A stretch of DNA of 64,000 nt from Planctomycetota bacterium (GTDB lineage Bacteria > Planctomycetota > UBA1135): the NCBI GenBank assembly GCA_030749235.1, contig JASMKM010000013.1:111470-175469 (forward strand), read 5' to 3'. The notes below the pieces were generated by a model that did no database searches, was not told where the DNA came from, and saw only the letters and a list, made by a program, of their open reading frames with translations. This document shows, piece after piece, positions 1-9,953 of this stretch. The first letter of the stretch is position 1; each line of letters starts with the position of its first letter. Both the position numbers and the translations under genes were made by a program.

Positions 1-1510
1 GGTAGGCGCGATGCTCCCAATCGCCGCCGGCTTCGTGGAACTGCAGGAACAACTCACGCGGCATCGCATCCGGATCCATCCAGATCTGGAACAGGAAGCG
101 GTCACCTGGCAGGATTGTGACTGGCACCGACGCTCCTGAGAAGTGGTGTTGTTGAAAGCCGGTGGCGGCGCGGGCGCGGATGTTGACGCCGCGGTCATCT
201 GTAGTGATGGTCCAATCTCCATCTTGATTCGCGCCCTCCGGAACTGCCCTGTCTACCCAAAGGAAATCGGCCCCGTCGGTGGGATGTCCACCCTGCAGGG
301 CTTGCAGTTCCTTGGCGATAGCGGCACGTTCCTGCTCAATATGTGGCACCCGCACGGCCATCTCCGGCGCGTTCGACTTGCCGCCATCGACAGTCTGGTT
401 GAAGTAGTCGTAGAGCTGATAGTAATCGCGTTGCGTGAACGGATCGTATTTATGGTTGTGGCATTGCGCGCATGCAAGCGTGCTACCAAGCCAGACCGTG
501 GCGGTGGTGTCGGTGCGGTCCTTCACCGCGGCGACACGATATTCCTCGTCATCGGTGCCGCCTTCATTGTTGATCATGGTGTTGCGATGGAAACCGGTGG
601 CGACCAAGGACGACTGCGTGGCTTCTGGCAACAAGTCGCCTGCAATCTGCTCGATGGTGAACTGGTCATAACCCATGTCATTGTTGTAGGCATCGATTAC
701 CCAGTCGCGATACGGCCAGATGCTACGGTCCTCATCCTTCTCATAACCATTCGAGTCGGCGTAGCGCGCCAAGTCCAACCAGCGTTGCGCTTGTTGTTCG
801 CCATAATGCGGCGACGCCATCAACTTCGCGATCGCATTTGCCCATGCATTGCCGGAAGTGTCGGCGAGGAAAGCGTCCAGCTCTTCCACGGTAGGGGGCA
901 AACCGGTCAAGTCCAATGCGGCACGACGCAACAATACGCCGCGGTCGGCTTGATCCTGCGGGGGCAAGCCGCGCTCCAACATCTTCGCCAGCAGGTACCG
1001 GTCGACTTCGTTGCGTGGCCAATCCTGCCATTGCTCGGGAAAGTCCTCGACGGCAGGCGGCGCTTCCGGGCGCACCCGTTGATAAGCCCAATGTTTCACA
1101 GGCCATGTCGCTTCCTCGCCATCGTCGTGCCAAGCCATTCCACCTTCGATCCAGTCGCCGACAAGCTTGATCTCGGCATCGGTCATCGCATCCTTGTCTT
1201 TCGGTGGCATGCGCTCTTCGGGATCCTCGGCCACCAGCAGTTGCCACAGCAGCGAACCTTCGCGGTCGCCTTCTAGCAGCACTGGATCCTGACCAAAGGA
1301 GCTGCCCGCCAATGCCGCAGCGCGCTGGTCCAAGCGCAGACCAGCCTTCTGACTGTACTTGCCGTGACAGTCGTAACAATGCTTCTCGAGGATCGGCGCC
1401 ACGTCGCGCGCGTAATCGATCGGCGCCTGCTGCGCCGGCAGCGTGGGAGCAAGGAAAACACTGCTCGAAAGCAGCAGCGAGATGGGGAGAATTCTGGGGA
1501 GCGAAGCCAT
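1..1510 (-). CDS. Planctomycete-type cytochrome c domain / DUF1549 / DUF1553 family protein (PSCyt-type); N-terminal ~500 codons only, gene runs off the window start
   Basis: My own minus-strand translation from the ATG at 1510..1508 gives MASLPRILPISLLLSSSVFLAPTLPAQQ (signal peptide). It continues with DVAPILEKHCYDCHG (CxxCH), RGVLLRRAALDLTGLPPTVEELDAFL, RWLDLARYADSNGYEKD and STLACAQCHNHKYDPF, with no stop down to position 1. It is absent from the supplied ORF track because it leaves the window. Confidence 0.85.
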   Translation of the reverse strand, partial: MASLPRILPISLLLSSSVFLAPTLPAQQAPIDYARDVAPILEKHCYDCHGKYSQKAGLRLDQRAAALAGSSFGQDPVLLEGDREGSLLWQLLVAEDPEERMPPKDKDAMTDAEIKLVGDWIEGGMAWHDDGEEATWPVKHWAYQRVRPEAPPAVEDFPEQWQDWPRNEVDRYLLAKMLERGLPPQDQADRGVLLRRAALDLTGLPPTVEELDAFLADTSGNAWANAIAKLMASPHYGEQQAQRWLDLARYADSNGYEKDEDRSIWPYRDWVIDAYNNDMGYDQFTIEQIAGDLLPEATQSSLVATGFHRNTMINNEGGTDDEEYRVAAVKDRTDTTATVWLGSTLACAQCHNHKYDPFTQRDYYQLYDYFNQTVDGGKSNAPEMAVRVPHIEQERAAIAKELQALQGGHPTDGADFLWVDRAVPEGANQDGDWTITTDDRGVNIRARAATGFQQHHFSGASVPVTILPGDRFLFQIWMDPDAMPRELFLQFHEAGGDWEHRAY

Positions 1511-1593
1511 GGCTGGACAGCTTCCAGAATAGCGGCTTGTCAGCGCTTGCGGGCAATCGCTGCCGCCAGCCCGCGATGCGGTTGTGCCTTCGG

Positions 1594-2514
1594 TTACTTC
1601 TTGGCGATGGCGTGGAAACGCAGGATATCACGCATGTTCAGAGGTACCGCGCACCACGAGTTCACACGCCCTTTGGCCATCCACTGTCCGACCACCTCAA
1701 GCCAATTCAATCGGAAGGCCTTGCCGACGGCGCCGATGGCACGCGATGGAGTGACCGTGCGGCTTGGCACGTGTTTTTCTGCGACCTCAAAGCCAGCTTC
1801 TTCCAAGGACTTCTTGAGCGTTTCGGTGGTGTAGAAATAAAGGTGCCAGTTGTCGACGATGTTGCGTTCACGGCGCCCGAACAAGCGGAAGGTCAAGGTG
1901 TCGTAGCGAGGTGTCTCGATGATCAACAAGCCGCCGGGTTTCAATACTCGGTGGATGGTGCGCAACACCGCGATCGGATCGGTGACATGTTCGATCACGT
2001 GCAGGAACAGGACGACATCGAAAGTGTTCTGTTCCAAGTCCAGCTCATCCAAAGTCGCGATGCGGATATCAAGACAGAAATTCTCACGGCCATAGCGTGC
2101 GGCGAATGAGTTCGGTTCCACGCCAAGGCAATCCATGCCGCGCTCCTTCAACTCATTCAATAAGGTGCCGGTGCAGCAACCCACTTCCAGTGCCTTACCG
2201 CCTGGCGCATGTTCCACAGCTGCATCCAGCGCACGCCGATAGTCGCGCACTTGATTGCGCTGTCGTTCCAGACCGGAAGGACTGACCTCCCAACCAGCCT
2301 TCTCTCCTTCACCCCGTTCGCGGTAATCATTCAGCTCCACACGTTGGCGCGGGCTCACGTACATCAAGTCGCAATTCCTGCATCGGACAATACGGCCCTC
2401 CTGCGCAACGCCGGGTTCAAAAACAACTTCGGCGTCATCGGATTGACATAGGTTGCAACAAGAAGTCTCTTCTAGGGTTACGGTTTTCATAGCAATTGGG
2501 CTAAGAGCAAACAT
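1594..2514 (-). CDS. Class I SAM-dependent methyltransferase with N-terminal Cys4 zinc-ribbon
   Basis: The 306-aa ORF has CCNLC..CRNC near the N-terminus. It also has the SAM-binding motif ALEVGCCTG and FDVVLFLHVIEHVTDP..LKPGGLLIIETP. An alternative start is MKTV at 2490. Confidence 0.8.
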   Translation of the reverse strand: MFALSPIAMKTVTLEETSCCNLCQSDDAEVVFEPGVAQEGRIVRCRNCDLMYVSPRQRVELNDYRERGEGEKAGWEVSPSGLERQRNQVRDYRRALDAAVEHAPGGKALEVGCCTGTLLNELKERGMDCLGVEPNSFAARYGRENFCLDIRIATLDELDLEQNTFDVVLFLHVIEHVTDPIAVLRTIHRVLKPGGLLIIETPRYDTLTFRLFGRRERNIVDNWHLYFYTTETLKKSLEEAGFEVAEKHVPSRTVTPSRAIGAVGKAFRLNWLEVVGQWMAKGRVNSWCAVPLNMRDILRFHAIAKK

Positions 2515-2714
2515 CAGCGAAGGCTGTTTTGAGTATATCTCTTATTAATGAATCCTAGGGGGTAGGAAATTACCTTTAATTCACGATAATTCTAAGTATT
2601 CATTGTGGGCTCGCCGCTTTAGTGGCATCTGCAAGGAACATCAGAGGATCCAGATCATGCGCCTAGGTAGACCACTGTGCCAGACTAACTCGACGGCCAT
2701 CATGATCTATTTCC

Positions 2715-4829
2715 TCAGCGCATGCGCTCGAACTCCGGAAGCTCGAGCAATCTCGAATCGAACTCTTCCAGCTCGGTCAGCGCATCCTGCACCTGTTTGG
2801 CGCGGACTTCATCTTCGGCCTCAAGCAATGCGGCAAGAACCTTCTTGGCCACGCCTACCGGCGAGACGTTCTGGCTATCCAAGGTCGCGGCGGCTTCGGG
2901 TTTATGTTCGAATGCGGCGAGGATGTAGGACGTGGCGGAAGGCAGGTCGCCGCTCTCCAATGCGATGCGTGCGCGGCCGGCCATGGCGAGGACCTCGAAG
3001 GGCCGAGAGTTCTCCTTGGTCTCTGGTGCGGCGACACCTTGCTCATAGAAACCATAAATTGCGCGTTGATAGGCGGCGTCAGCATCCTGCAGACGATTCA
3101 ACTTGCGCAACTGCTCTGCAGTGAACAGCGAAGCCTGGGCGGAGAACCAACGCAGATACTTGGGGGCGTCGGCGCGATTGAGCCAAGCTTCATAAGCGGG
3201 CTCCACGCCATCCACACCTTGTTCGGCGACCACCAGTAAGCGGTAACGTTCGTGTAGGCCAGCGGAATCCTCATAACGTTGAAGGCCGGCTTGCAAGGCG
3301 CGGCTTGCAGGAGCGACGGCGCCTAGGCGGACGAGGAAGTCGTAGTGACGCATCACCTCCATCTCGGTGCTTGCCGGGTGCTGCGCCATTACGGCATAAG
3401 CCGATTGCGCTTCACTTAACCATTCCGGCGGCCATGGCTTGTTAGCGCCGACGGCGGCACGAATCGAAGCACGACGACCTTCCGCGAAAATCGACAACAC
3501 TGCAAAGGCATTCCAACTCGCTTCGCCGGGTGGCAACGCAGCGACTGCCTTTTGTGCGGATTCCGCAGCTAGATCGGCCTCCGCTAGGTAGTTAGCGGAG
3601 ATCGCCACCACCGCGTGCGACAACCAACTCTTGGAACCAGCCTTTAGTTCCTCTTGACCGGCCTGCAAGGCGATCTCGAATTGCTCGACCGCAACCTTGC
3701 GCACACGCGCCGACTGGTGCGACATCATGGCGAGGTTCTCGGGGCGCACCGCCTCGGCCAATAGTTGCGCGGCGTCACTGGAGTTATCCGTTTTGACGTT
3801 GGCCGAAAAGCCAGCGTTCCAGGCCTCCAGGTCAATCACGCTGGTGCCGGCCTGCAGACCACGATGCACGGCGACTAGGCGTTTGGCGACTGGCACTTGT
3901 CCACTCAAACGTTCCAGGGAAGCGATGAGCGCAGCGCGGCGCTCTGGCTCCAGCGGCCCATGCAACAAGTCATTGATTAGGCCGACGGCCTTGTCGTCTC
4001 CGGATTTCGTCAGCAGGTCCAAGGCTTGATTGCTCAACTCGCTGTCGAATCCATAAGCCGCCTTGCGCAACAGGTCGACGGGTGCCTTCGCGCCGGTGGT
4101 CATTGCTGCGGCCATGATCTCCTGGCGGGTTTGACGGTCTCCGCTGTTCCAATCGGCTTCGACCCGCGCACGATCGATGGCATCGGGGCTCGCCACCAGC
4201 TCTTCCAAGCTGCGGTCACCCTTTGGTGGATCCTCAGGCTTGATCTCGCGTTCGGTAATTCCCTTGTTGACCGTCTCGACGATCGACTGGATATCGTTGG
4301 CGTAGAAGATGTCGTAGGTTTCCGATCCATCTAGCTCGACCATGATGTGTCGCGGTGCGACGCGCGTGTCATCGAGGTACTTTCCGAAGACCGTCGGTTC
4401 CATCCAAATATGTTCCCCACAGGTAACAGTTCCGAAACGTGGGCATGGCACTCGGTTGCCTTCGGCGTCGTAATCGGTGGGGTTATGGCGGTAGGTCGAT
4501 GCGATTACGCAGACATACTGCTCGAAGAGTTCGGCGATCTCGGGCTTGCGATAACGGATGCCTGCCCAATGTTCACTGGCAATCTCCCCATCCATGTTTA
4601 CGCACACCAGGATGGCCTTCTTGGTCTGTTGGGATAGGTCGACAGCATCGGCCCATGTGCGCTGCCAAGGCACTAGGCACGGCTTCGCCCAATCCTCAGC
4701 AGTAGGGGCGAACCACATCTGTTCGCGGGTCACGCCTGGCGGGAGACCGTTGCCCTGTTGGGCTTCCACGGTGGCTGGCATGGAAATTGAACCTGCCAGA
4801 ACCAGAGCAAACAAGGATGTCGCGCGCAT
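2715..4829 (-). CDS. Secreted hypothetical protein; Cys-containing N-terminal globular domain followed by long helical (HEAT/TPR-like) repeats
   Basis: The 704-aa ORF has a signal peptide (MRATSLFALVLAGSISMPATVEAQQ) and a protein-like composition with a helical-repeat C-terminal two thirds. No family was recognised with confidence. It is divergent from the moxR operon. Confidence 0.7.
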   Translation of the reverse strand: MRATSLFALVLAGSISMPATVEAQQGNGLPPGVTREQMWFAPTAEDWAKPCLVPWQRTWADAVDLSQQTKKAILVCVNMDGEIASEHWAGIRYRKPEIAELFEQYVCVIASTYRHNPTDYDAEGNRVPCPRFGTVTCGEHIWMEPTVFGKYLDDTRVAPRHIMVELDGSETYDIFYANDIQSIVETVNKGITEREIKPEDPPKGDRSLEELVASPDAIDRARVEADWNSGDRQTRQEIMAAAMTTGAKAPVDLLRKAAYGFDSELSNQALDLLTKSGDDKAVGLINDLLHGPLEPERRAALIASLERLSGQVPVAKRLVAVHRGLQAGTSVIDLEAWNAGFSANVKTDNSSDAAQLLAEAVRPENLAMMSHQSARVRKVAVEQFEIALQAGQEELKAGSKSWLSHAVVAISANYLAEADLAAESAQKAVAALPPGEASWNAFAVLSIFAEGRRASIRAAVGANKPWPPEWLSEAQSAYAVMAQHPASTEMEVMRHYDFLVRLGAVAPASRALQAGLQRYEDSAGLHERYRLLVVAEQGVDGVEPAYEAWLNRADAPKYLRWFSAQASLFTAEQLRKLNRLQDADAAYQRAIYGFYEQGVAAPETKENSRPFEVLAMAGRARIALESGDLPSATSYILAAFEHKPEAAATLDSQNVSPVGVAKKVLAALLEAEDEVRAKQVQDALTELEEFDSRLLELPEFERMR

Positions 4830-4899
4830 GGTAACCGTAGGCTAGCAAATCCCGGGCCAACTGCGTTTCGACGCATCTGCAGACTGCTATGCTCTTGCC

Positions 4900-5889
4900 G
4901 TGGAAACCATCGAAGAAGTGACAGCGAGAATTGAACAGGAAGGTGCCTTCCTGCAGGAGTTGCGTCATGAGATGGAAAGCGTGATCGTCGGTCAGGAGGA
5001 GCTGGTCGAGGCATTGCTCATCGCCTTGCTTGCCGATGGCCACCTGTTGCTGGAGGGCCTGCCGGGTTTGGCGAAATCTTTGGCGGTCGAGACCCTGGCG
5101 CGCGCCCTTGGTGGTAGCTTCCGGCGTATCCAATTTACGCCGGACTTGTTGCCATCCGACCTGCTCGGCACTCATGTCTTCCATCCCGATAGTGGTGCGT
5201 GGACGGTCCGCGAAGGACCGGTGTTTTCGAACTTCCTGCTGGCCGACGAGATCAACCGTGCACCCGCCAAGGTGCAATCCGCCCTGCTTGAAGCCATGCA
5301 GGAACGTCAGGTCAGCCTTGCCGGTGATACCCGTGTGCTGCCCAATCCCTTCTTGGTGCTGGCCACCCAGAACCCGGTCGAACTGGAAGGCACCTATGCC
5401 TTGCCCGAAGCACAAATCGACCGTTTCATGCTGAAGGTTCTGGTGCACCATCCGACTCGCGAAGAGGAAGCGAAGATCATCGACCGCATGGCACATAGTG
5501 GCAGTCCGCTGAAGCCCAAGGTGGTCGCCCAGCCTGAGCAGATCCTTGGCGTGCGCAGCTTGCTGGATCAGGTGTTGCTGTCGGACGCGGCGCGCCAATA
5601 CATCATCGACCTGGTCTTCGCCACACGCGAGCCCGCCTCCGCTGGCTTGGAGGACTTCGGCTCGTTGATTCTCTACGGGGCATCGCCACGGGCATCCTTG
5701 TCGTTGACACAGGCGTCACGCGCCCATGCCTTCCTGCGTGGTCGCGCTTTCGTCTTGCCTGAAGACATCAAGGCGGTCGCGCCGGAAGTCCTGCGCCATC
5801 GCATCGTCACTACCTATGAAGCCGAAGCCGAAGGCGTCTCGGTGGAGGACATCATGACGTCAGTACTCGATACCGTGCCGGTGCCTTAA
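4900..5889 (+). CDS. moxR: MoxR-family AAA+ ATPase
   Basis: The ORF starts with GTG and has Walker A-like GLPGLAKS and Walker B LLADEINRAPAKVQSALLEAMQE. QNPVELEGTYALPEAQIDRF is typical of MoxR/RavA. Confidence 0.93.
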   Translation: METIEEVTARIEQEGAFLQELRHEMESVIVGQEELVEALLIALLADGHLLLEGLPGLAKSLAVETLARALGGSFRRIQFTPDLLPSDLLGTHVFHPDSGAWTVREGPVFSNFLLADEINRAPAKVQSALLEAMQERQVSLAGDTRVLPNPFLVLATQNPVELEGTYALPEAQIDRFMLKVLVHHPTREEEAKIIDRMAHSGSPLKPKVVAQPEQILGVRSLLDQVLLSDAARQYIIDLVFATREPASAGLEDFGSLILYGASPRASLSLTQASRAHAFLRGRAFVLPEDIKAVAPEVLRHRIVTTYEAEAEGVSVEDIMTSVLDTVPVP

Positions 5890-5901
5890 GCCATTCCAGC
5901 G

Positions 5902-6819
5902 ATGGAGCATGAACCCGCCGGCGACGAGCTGCAGCAGTTGCTGCGCGAAGTGCGCCATATCCGCGTGCAGAGTGGGCGTCTCGTGCAAGGTGCCTTGGCC
6001 GGTGGTTATCGTTCGGTATTCCGTGGTTCCGGCATCGAGTTCGAGGAGGTACGCGAATACGTGGAAGGCGACGACCCGCGTAGTGTCGACTGGAACGTGA
6101 CGGCACGCATGGGCAGGCCGTTCGTCAAGAAGTACGTCGACGACCGCCAACTCAACCTGGCCTTCCTGCTCGACCTGTCGGCCTCGATGGACGCCGGTTT
6201 CAGTGCCTGGTCTCCACGCCAGATGGCGGCGCGGGTTTGCGCAAGCTTGATGCTTGCCGCCGTGCGGCATGACGACCGCGTAGCCTTCATCGGCTACGAC
6301 GATGAGGTGCGCCGGTTCGAGCATCCGCGCAAGGGCTTGGGCCATGTGTTGCGCATCGTGCGCGACTTCCTGTCACTGCAAGGCGAGAGCAAGCACAGCG
6401 ATCCCGCCGTGGCCTTGAACCTGGCCACGCGCATTCTTCCCAAGCATAGTGCGGTCTTTCTTGTGTCCGATTTCCTCGGTGAAGGGTGGCAACCTGCCTT
6501 GCATGAATGCGCGCGTCATCACGAGGTGGTGGCAGTGCGCTTGCTGGCGCCGGAGTTGATAGATCTGCCGCAGAGCATGTGGCGCCTGCGCGATGCCGAA
6601 GGCCTTGGCCGACGCATCATCGACGGTAGTTCCGCCAAGGTGCAAGACGAGTTTGGAAAGCGTGTGGCACAGTGGGACCACGAGGTTAAGCAGATGTTGC
6701 GCAGTGCCGGAGTGGCGCGCTTAGATGTGCCGATCCCCATGACCGCCGACCCCGACGCCATCGCTCGCCCAATTCTCTCCTTCTTCCAGCGACGCACGGG
6801 CAGGGCGCCTCGGTCATGA
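5902..6819 (+). CDS. DUF58 family protein (vWA-like), MoxR partner
   Basis: Motifs seen are GIEFEEVREYVEGDDPRSVDWNVTARMGRPFVKKY and LLDLSASMD. The gene sits directly after moxR. Confidence 0.9.
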   Translation: MEHEPAGDELQQLLREVRHIRVQSGRLVQGALAGGYRSVFRGSGIEFEEVREYVEGDDPRSVDWNVTARMGRPFVKKYVDDRQLNLAFLLDLSASMDAGFSAWSPRQMAARVCASLMLAAVRHDDRVAFIGYDDEVRRFEHPRKGLGHVLRIVRDFLSLQGESKHSDPAVALNLATRILPKHSAVFLVSDFLGEGWQPALHECARHHEVVAVRLLAPELIDLPQSMWRLRDAEGLGRRIIDGSSAKVQDEFGKRVAQWDHEVKQMLRSAGVARLDVPIPMTADPDAIARPILSFFQRRTGRAPRS

Positions 6820-7424
6820 GCTCGCCTTGGTCCACCTTCATGCAACCTTGCAGCGATCAGGCTTCGCTCAATGGGTTTGTGCGTAGCACGTTGCAGGATC
6901 CACTTACCGACAGTTTTGATCCGAGCTCCGCTCCAGAACTTCCAGGTCAAGTAGAGCCGTTCGCCATCGCCTATGGCTACTGGTTTATGTTCCTTGCAGC
7001 GGCGGCCTTGTTGTCCTGGTGGGCATGGCAATGGTTACTCCATGCCCAAGCCCAGCGTCAACAACAATCGCAGCACCGCGAAGATGTTGCCGCGGAAGCG
7101 TCGACCAGTTCGGTGCAGCGTGCTTATGCGAAGCTGCAGGGTTATCTTCAGCATATGTCGGCGGAGCAACGTCGCGAGGCGGAGTGTCTTTCCCACCTGC
7201 TACGCGAACAGGTCGGTCGCAGTGCTGGATGGGATTGCCATAGCGCCACCGACGCCGAGATCCTGGAGATTGCCTTGGTCGAACTAGAGAAGTCGACCCT
7301 GCAGCCACTGTTAAAATTTGTAAGCAGCGTGTTGTTCACCGGCCATCGCCCGACTGTCGCCCAATGGGAATCGACACTACGCGATGTCGAAGCCTGGCTA
7401 AAGACCCAGGGGGAGGAGCTGTGA
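6816..7424 (+). CDS. Single-pass membrane protein in the DUF4381 position of Bat operons
   Basis: The ORF is 202 aa with one TM helix (YGYWFMFLAAAALLSWWAWQWLL) followed by a helical tail. Its start forms an ATGA overlap with the DUF58 stop. Confidence 0.7.
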   Translation: MSSPWSTFMQPCSDQASLNGFVRSTLQDPLTDSFDPSSAPELPGQVEPFAIAYGYWFMFLAAAALLSWWAWQWLLHAQAQRQQQSQHREDVAAEASTSSVQRAYAKLQGYLQHMSAEQRREAECLSHLLREQVGRSAGWDCHSATDAEILEIALVELEKSTLQPLLKFVSSVLFTGHRPTVAQWESTLRDVEAWLKTQGEEL

Positions 7425-8404
7425 ACTGGTTGGGTTTCGACTCGGACTGGAGCTTCGCCGATCCACTGCTGCTGTGGACCGCCGCCTTGTTGCCAGTCGC
7501 CTTATTGGTGCGCATCATCTGGCGCCCGAAGGCCAAGGACTTCGCGTTATTCCGATTTGTGCCCTTCTTGCCCCACAGTCATCGTCAGCACACACGATCC
7601 TTGCCGCTGCTTCTGCAGGTCGCCGCCGTCTTGTTGATGGTCCTAGCTTTGGCGCGACCGCAACAACAGCAACGCTTGCCGGTGGAGCGTGAGGGCATCG
7701 ACCTGTTGTTGTGTTTGGATTTGTCATCCTCGATGGCAGCCACCGACCTGACAGTCGATGCCGCCGCAGGATCCGACACTCGACTCGATTTCGCGCGTCG
7801 GGCAGCAATATCCTTCATCGACAAGCGCGCTGAGGATCGCATCGGACTGGTTGCTTTCGCACGCGATGCACGCCTGATCTGTCCGCCTACTTTGGATCAT
7901 CGCAGCCTGTTGACCTTGTTGGACGATCTGGAGCAGGTTCCCGAAGGTCGCGAGGACGACGCCACTGGCATCGGCACTGCCTTGGCGCGATCCGCTGTGC
8001 AGTTGCGCGATCTGCCATCGAAGTCCAAGGTGGTTGTCCTTTTGACCGATGGCGAAGAGACCGTCGCGACAGCAGGAAGTGCCGCGATTAAGCCGCAGGA
8101 AGCCGCCGCACTTTGTCGCGAATGGGGCGTGCGTGTACACGCGATTGCCGCGGGGCCAGACGCCGAGGCCACACGCCAAACCCTGCAGGCGGTGACGTCG
8201 GTGACTGGCGGCCGTGCCTTCGCCGCACGCGACGCCACCGCCTTGGAGCAGGTCTATGCGGCGATCGATCAATTGGAGCGCACCCGCTTTCAGCAGCTAC
8301 CGTGGCGCCAAGTGGATCGTTATGCGCCCTTTCTGATTGCCGCCTTGGTCCTTTGGTTCCTTGCCGTATGGATGAACCGTCTGCTGTGGAGGGTGCGCAC
8401 ATGA
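7421..8404 (+). CDS. batA: BatA-like vWA domain membrane protein
   Basis: I moved the start to GTG 7421, which is in frame with track ORF 7364, overlaps the upstream TGA and follows GGGAGGA. It has N-terminal TM helices and a MIDAS-type LLCLDLSSSM. Confidence 0.85.
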   Translation: MNWLGFDSDWSFADPLLLWTAALLPVALLVRIIWRPKAKDFALFRFVPFLPHSHRQHTRSLPLLLQVAAVLLMVLALARPQQQQRLPVEREGIDLLLCLDLSSSMAATDLTVDAAAGSDTRLDFARRAAISFIDKRAEDRIGLVAFARDARLICPPTLDHRSLLTLLDDLEQVPEGREDDATGIGTALARSAVQLRDLPSKSKVVVLLTDGEETVATAGSAAIKPQEAAALCREWGVRVHAIAAGPDAEATRQTLQAVTSVTGGRAFAARDATALEQVYAAIDQLERTRFQQLPWRQVDRYAPFLIAALVLWFLAVWMNRLLWRVRT

Positions 8405-9240
8405 GTCGTTTCTTTCCGACGGTGCTGTTGCTCTTCTGCGGGATCGCTGCCTTGGCAGGGCCTCGCTGGGGCATCGATGAGGATGCAGTCCGTCAGCGTG
8501 GTATCGACCTGCTGGTCTGCCTGGATGTCTCGCGGTCCATGTTGGCTCGCGACGTCGCACCAGACCGACTCAATCGCGCACACCTAGAGGTGCAGGAACT
8601 CGTCGCCACTCTTGGCGCCGATCGCATCGGCTTGATCCTGTTCGCCGGGGAAGCCCAACGCGCGGCACCATTGACCGCCGATCACGCTAGCTTCCTCGCC
8701 TTGTTGGACTTGGCCTCGCCGCTGAGCCTACGCCAAGGGGGTACCAACCTCGCCGCTGCCTTACAGCAAGCACGTCAACTCCTGGAAGCCGCTCCCGGTA
8801 CGCAGAAAAACGTGCTGTTGATTACCGATGGCGAGGATCGCAGCGGCCAAGCCTTAAGCGAGGCGGAACAGTGTCGCGCCGATGGCATCATGGTTTATGC
8901 CTTGGGCATCGGTACCGAGCAGGGCAGCAAGATCACGCTTAGTGATGCCAATGGTCGGGAGTTCTTCCTGAGGGATAAGGATGGCCAGGATGTCATCACG
9001 AAGTTGGACAGCGGTGGCTTAGTGCAAATTGCCGCAGCCACTGAAGCCAACACAATTCTGCTCGATAGCGAAACCGGCGTCTTGCGCGATTGGTATCTGG
9101 AAGAGTTGTTGCCGCGTGCGCGCGACGCGGCCACCGGCGACCCCGATCTGGAACGAGCCAACCGTTATCAATGGCCACTCTCGCTGGCACTGGTCGGTGC
9201 CCTTTTGGCGTTGGCAGGCTTCGGCCGGAGGAAGTCATGA
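8401..9240 (+). CDS. batB: BatB-like vWA domain membrane protein
   Basis: I moved the start to ATG 8401, an ATGA overlap with the batA stop. The product begins MSRFFPTVLLLFCGIAALAG, carries LLVCLDVSRSMLARDV and has a C-terminal TM helix. Confidence 0.85.
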   Translation: MSRFFPTVLLLFCGIAALAGPRWGIDEDAVRQRGIDLLVCLDVSRSMLARDVAPDRLNRAHLEVQELVATLGADRIGLILFAGEAQRAAPLTADHASFLALLDLASPLSLRQGGTNLAAALQQARQLLEAAPGTQKNVLLITDGEDRSGQALSEAEQCRADGIMVYALGIGTEQGSKITLSDANGREFFLRDKDGQDVITKLDSGGLVQIAAATEANTILLDSETGVLRDWYLEELLPRARDAATGDPDLERANRYQWPLSLALVGALLALAGFGRRKS

Positions 9241-9953
9241 GCGCCAGCCACGACCGACCCCCAGTCGCATGGAGAGTGACCGCGGCAATCGTCATCGCGC
9301 TGTTCAGCTTTTGGCGACTCCAACAGAGTCCGCATGTCGACACGCGTGCCGGCCTGAGTGCTTATGCCGCCAAGGACTACGCCTCGGCTCAGGTGCATTT
9401 CACCGCTGCACTCGATAAGCAGGAAAGCGCTACGGCGCTGCGCAATTTGGCTTTGGCGAACTTGCAGGCGAAGGACTTAGATCGCGCCGCGCAGGTCGCC
9501 GATCGCTTGGCGGCCAGTGGAAAGGCCAACGACCTTGCTTGGCGTGATTTCTTCCTCGGCAACCTTGCTTGGCGTCGCAGTGAGCTGGCGGAGTTCGAGG
9601 CCCATGGACCAGTTCCACCAGCAGGTGCGTTGGAACGTGCGATCGCACATACCGAGGCGGCCTCGCAGGCTTGGCATTCCGCCTTGGAGAGCCGTGAAGA
9701 TTGGCCGGAAGCCTCGCGCAATCTCCAACGTGCGGAGTTGCGCTTGGCCTTGTTGCGTGAGGAGCAGCGAGCCAATGCCGGTGCCGAAGACTCGCAAGTG
9801 GAGAAGATGAATGGTCCACCGGACCTCAATGCCGCACCATTGGATCCGGCAGAACAGGATAGACTCATGCAGCAACTCGATCGTCTGGATCTGCAGGAGG
9901 CCGCACGCAAGGCCGCACAGAAACCGGACCTCAGTGGAGTCTTGGAATGGTAG
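9237..9953 (+). CDS. batC: BatC-like TPR protein
   Basis: I moved the start to ATG 9237 (ATGA overlap). It has an N-terminal TM helix and TPR-like YASAQVHFTAAL..ALRNLALANLQ. Confidence 0.7.
   Translation: MSASHDRPPVAWRVTAAIVIALFSFWRLQQSPHVDTRAGLSAYAAKDYASAQVHFTAALDKQESATALRNLALANLQAKDLDRAAQVADRLAASGKANDLAWRDFFLGNLAWRRSELAEFEAHGPVPPAGALERAIAHTEAASQAWHSALESREDWPEASRNLQRAELRLALLREEQRANAGAEDSQVEKMNGPPDLNAAPLDPAEQDRLMQQLDRLDLQEAARKAAQKPDLSGVLEW

Noticed and set aside
143-1276. Long ORFs with Arg/Pro/Gly/Ala-rich, low-information translations. Examples: 143-1276(+), 741-1631(-), 4696-5598(-), 19666-20490(-), 19923-20639(-), 32480-33628(+), 38912-39775(+), 45909-46622(-), 51543-52589(-) and 55215-55979(-).
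   Set aside because: Each lies antisense to, or out of frame with, a gene that has clear family motifs. Such shadow ORFs are expected in high-GC DNA, and none shows a recognisable domain.
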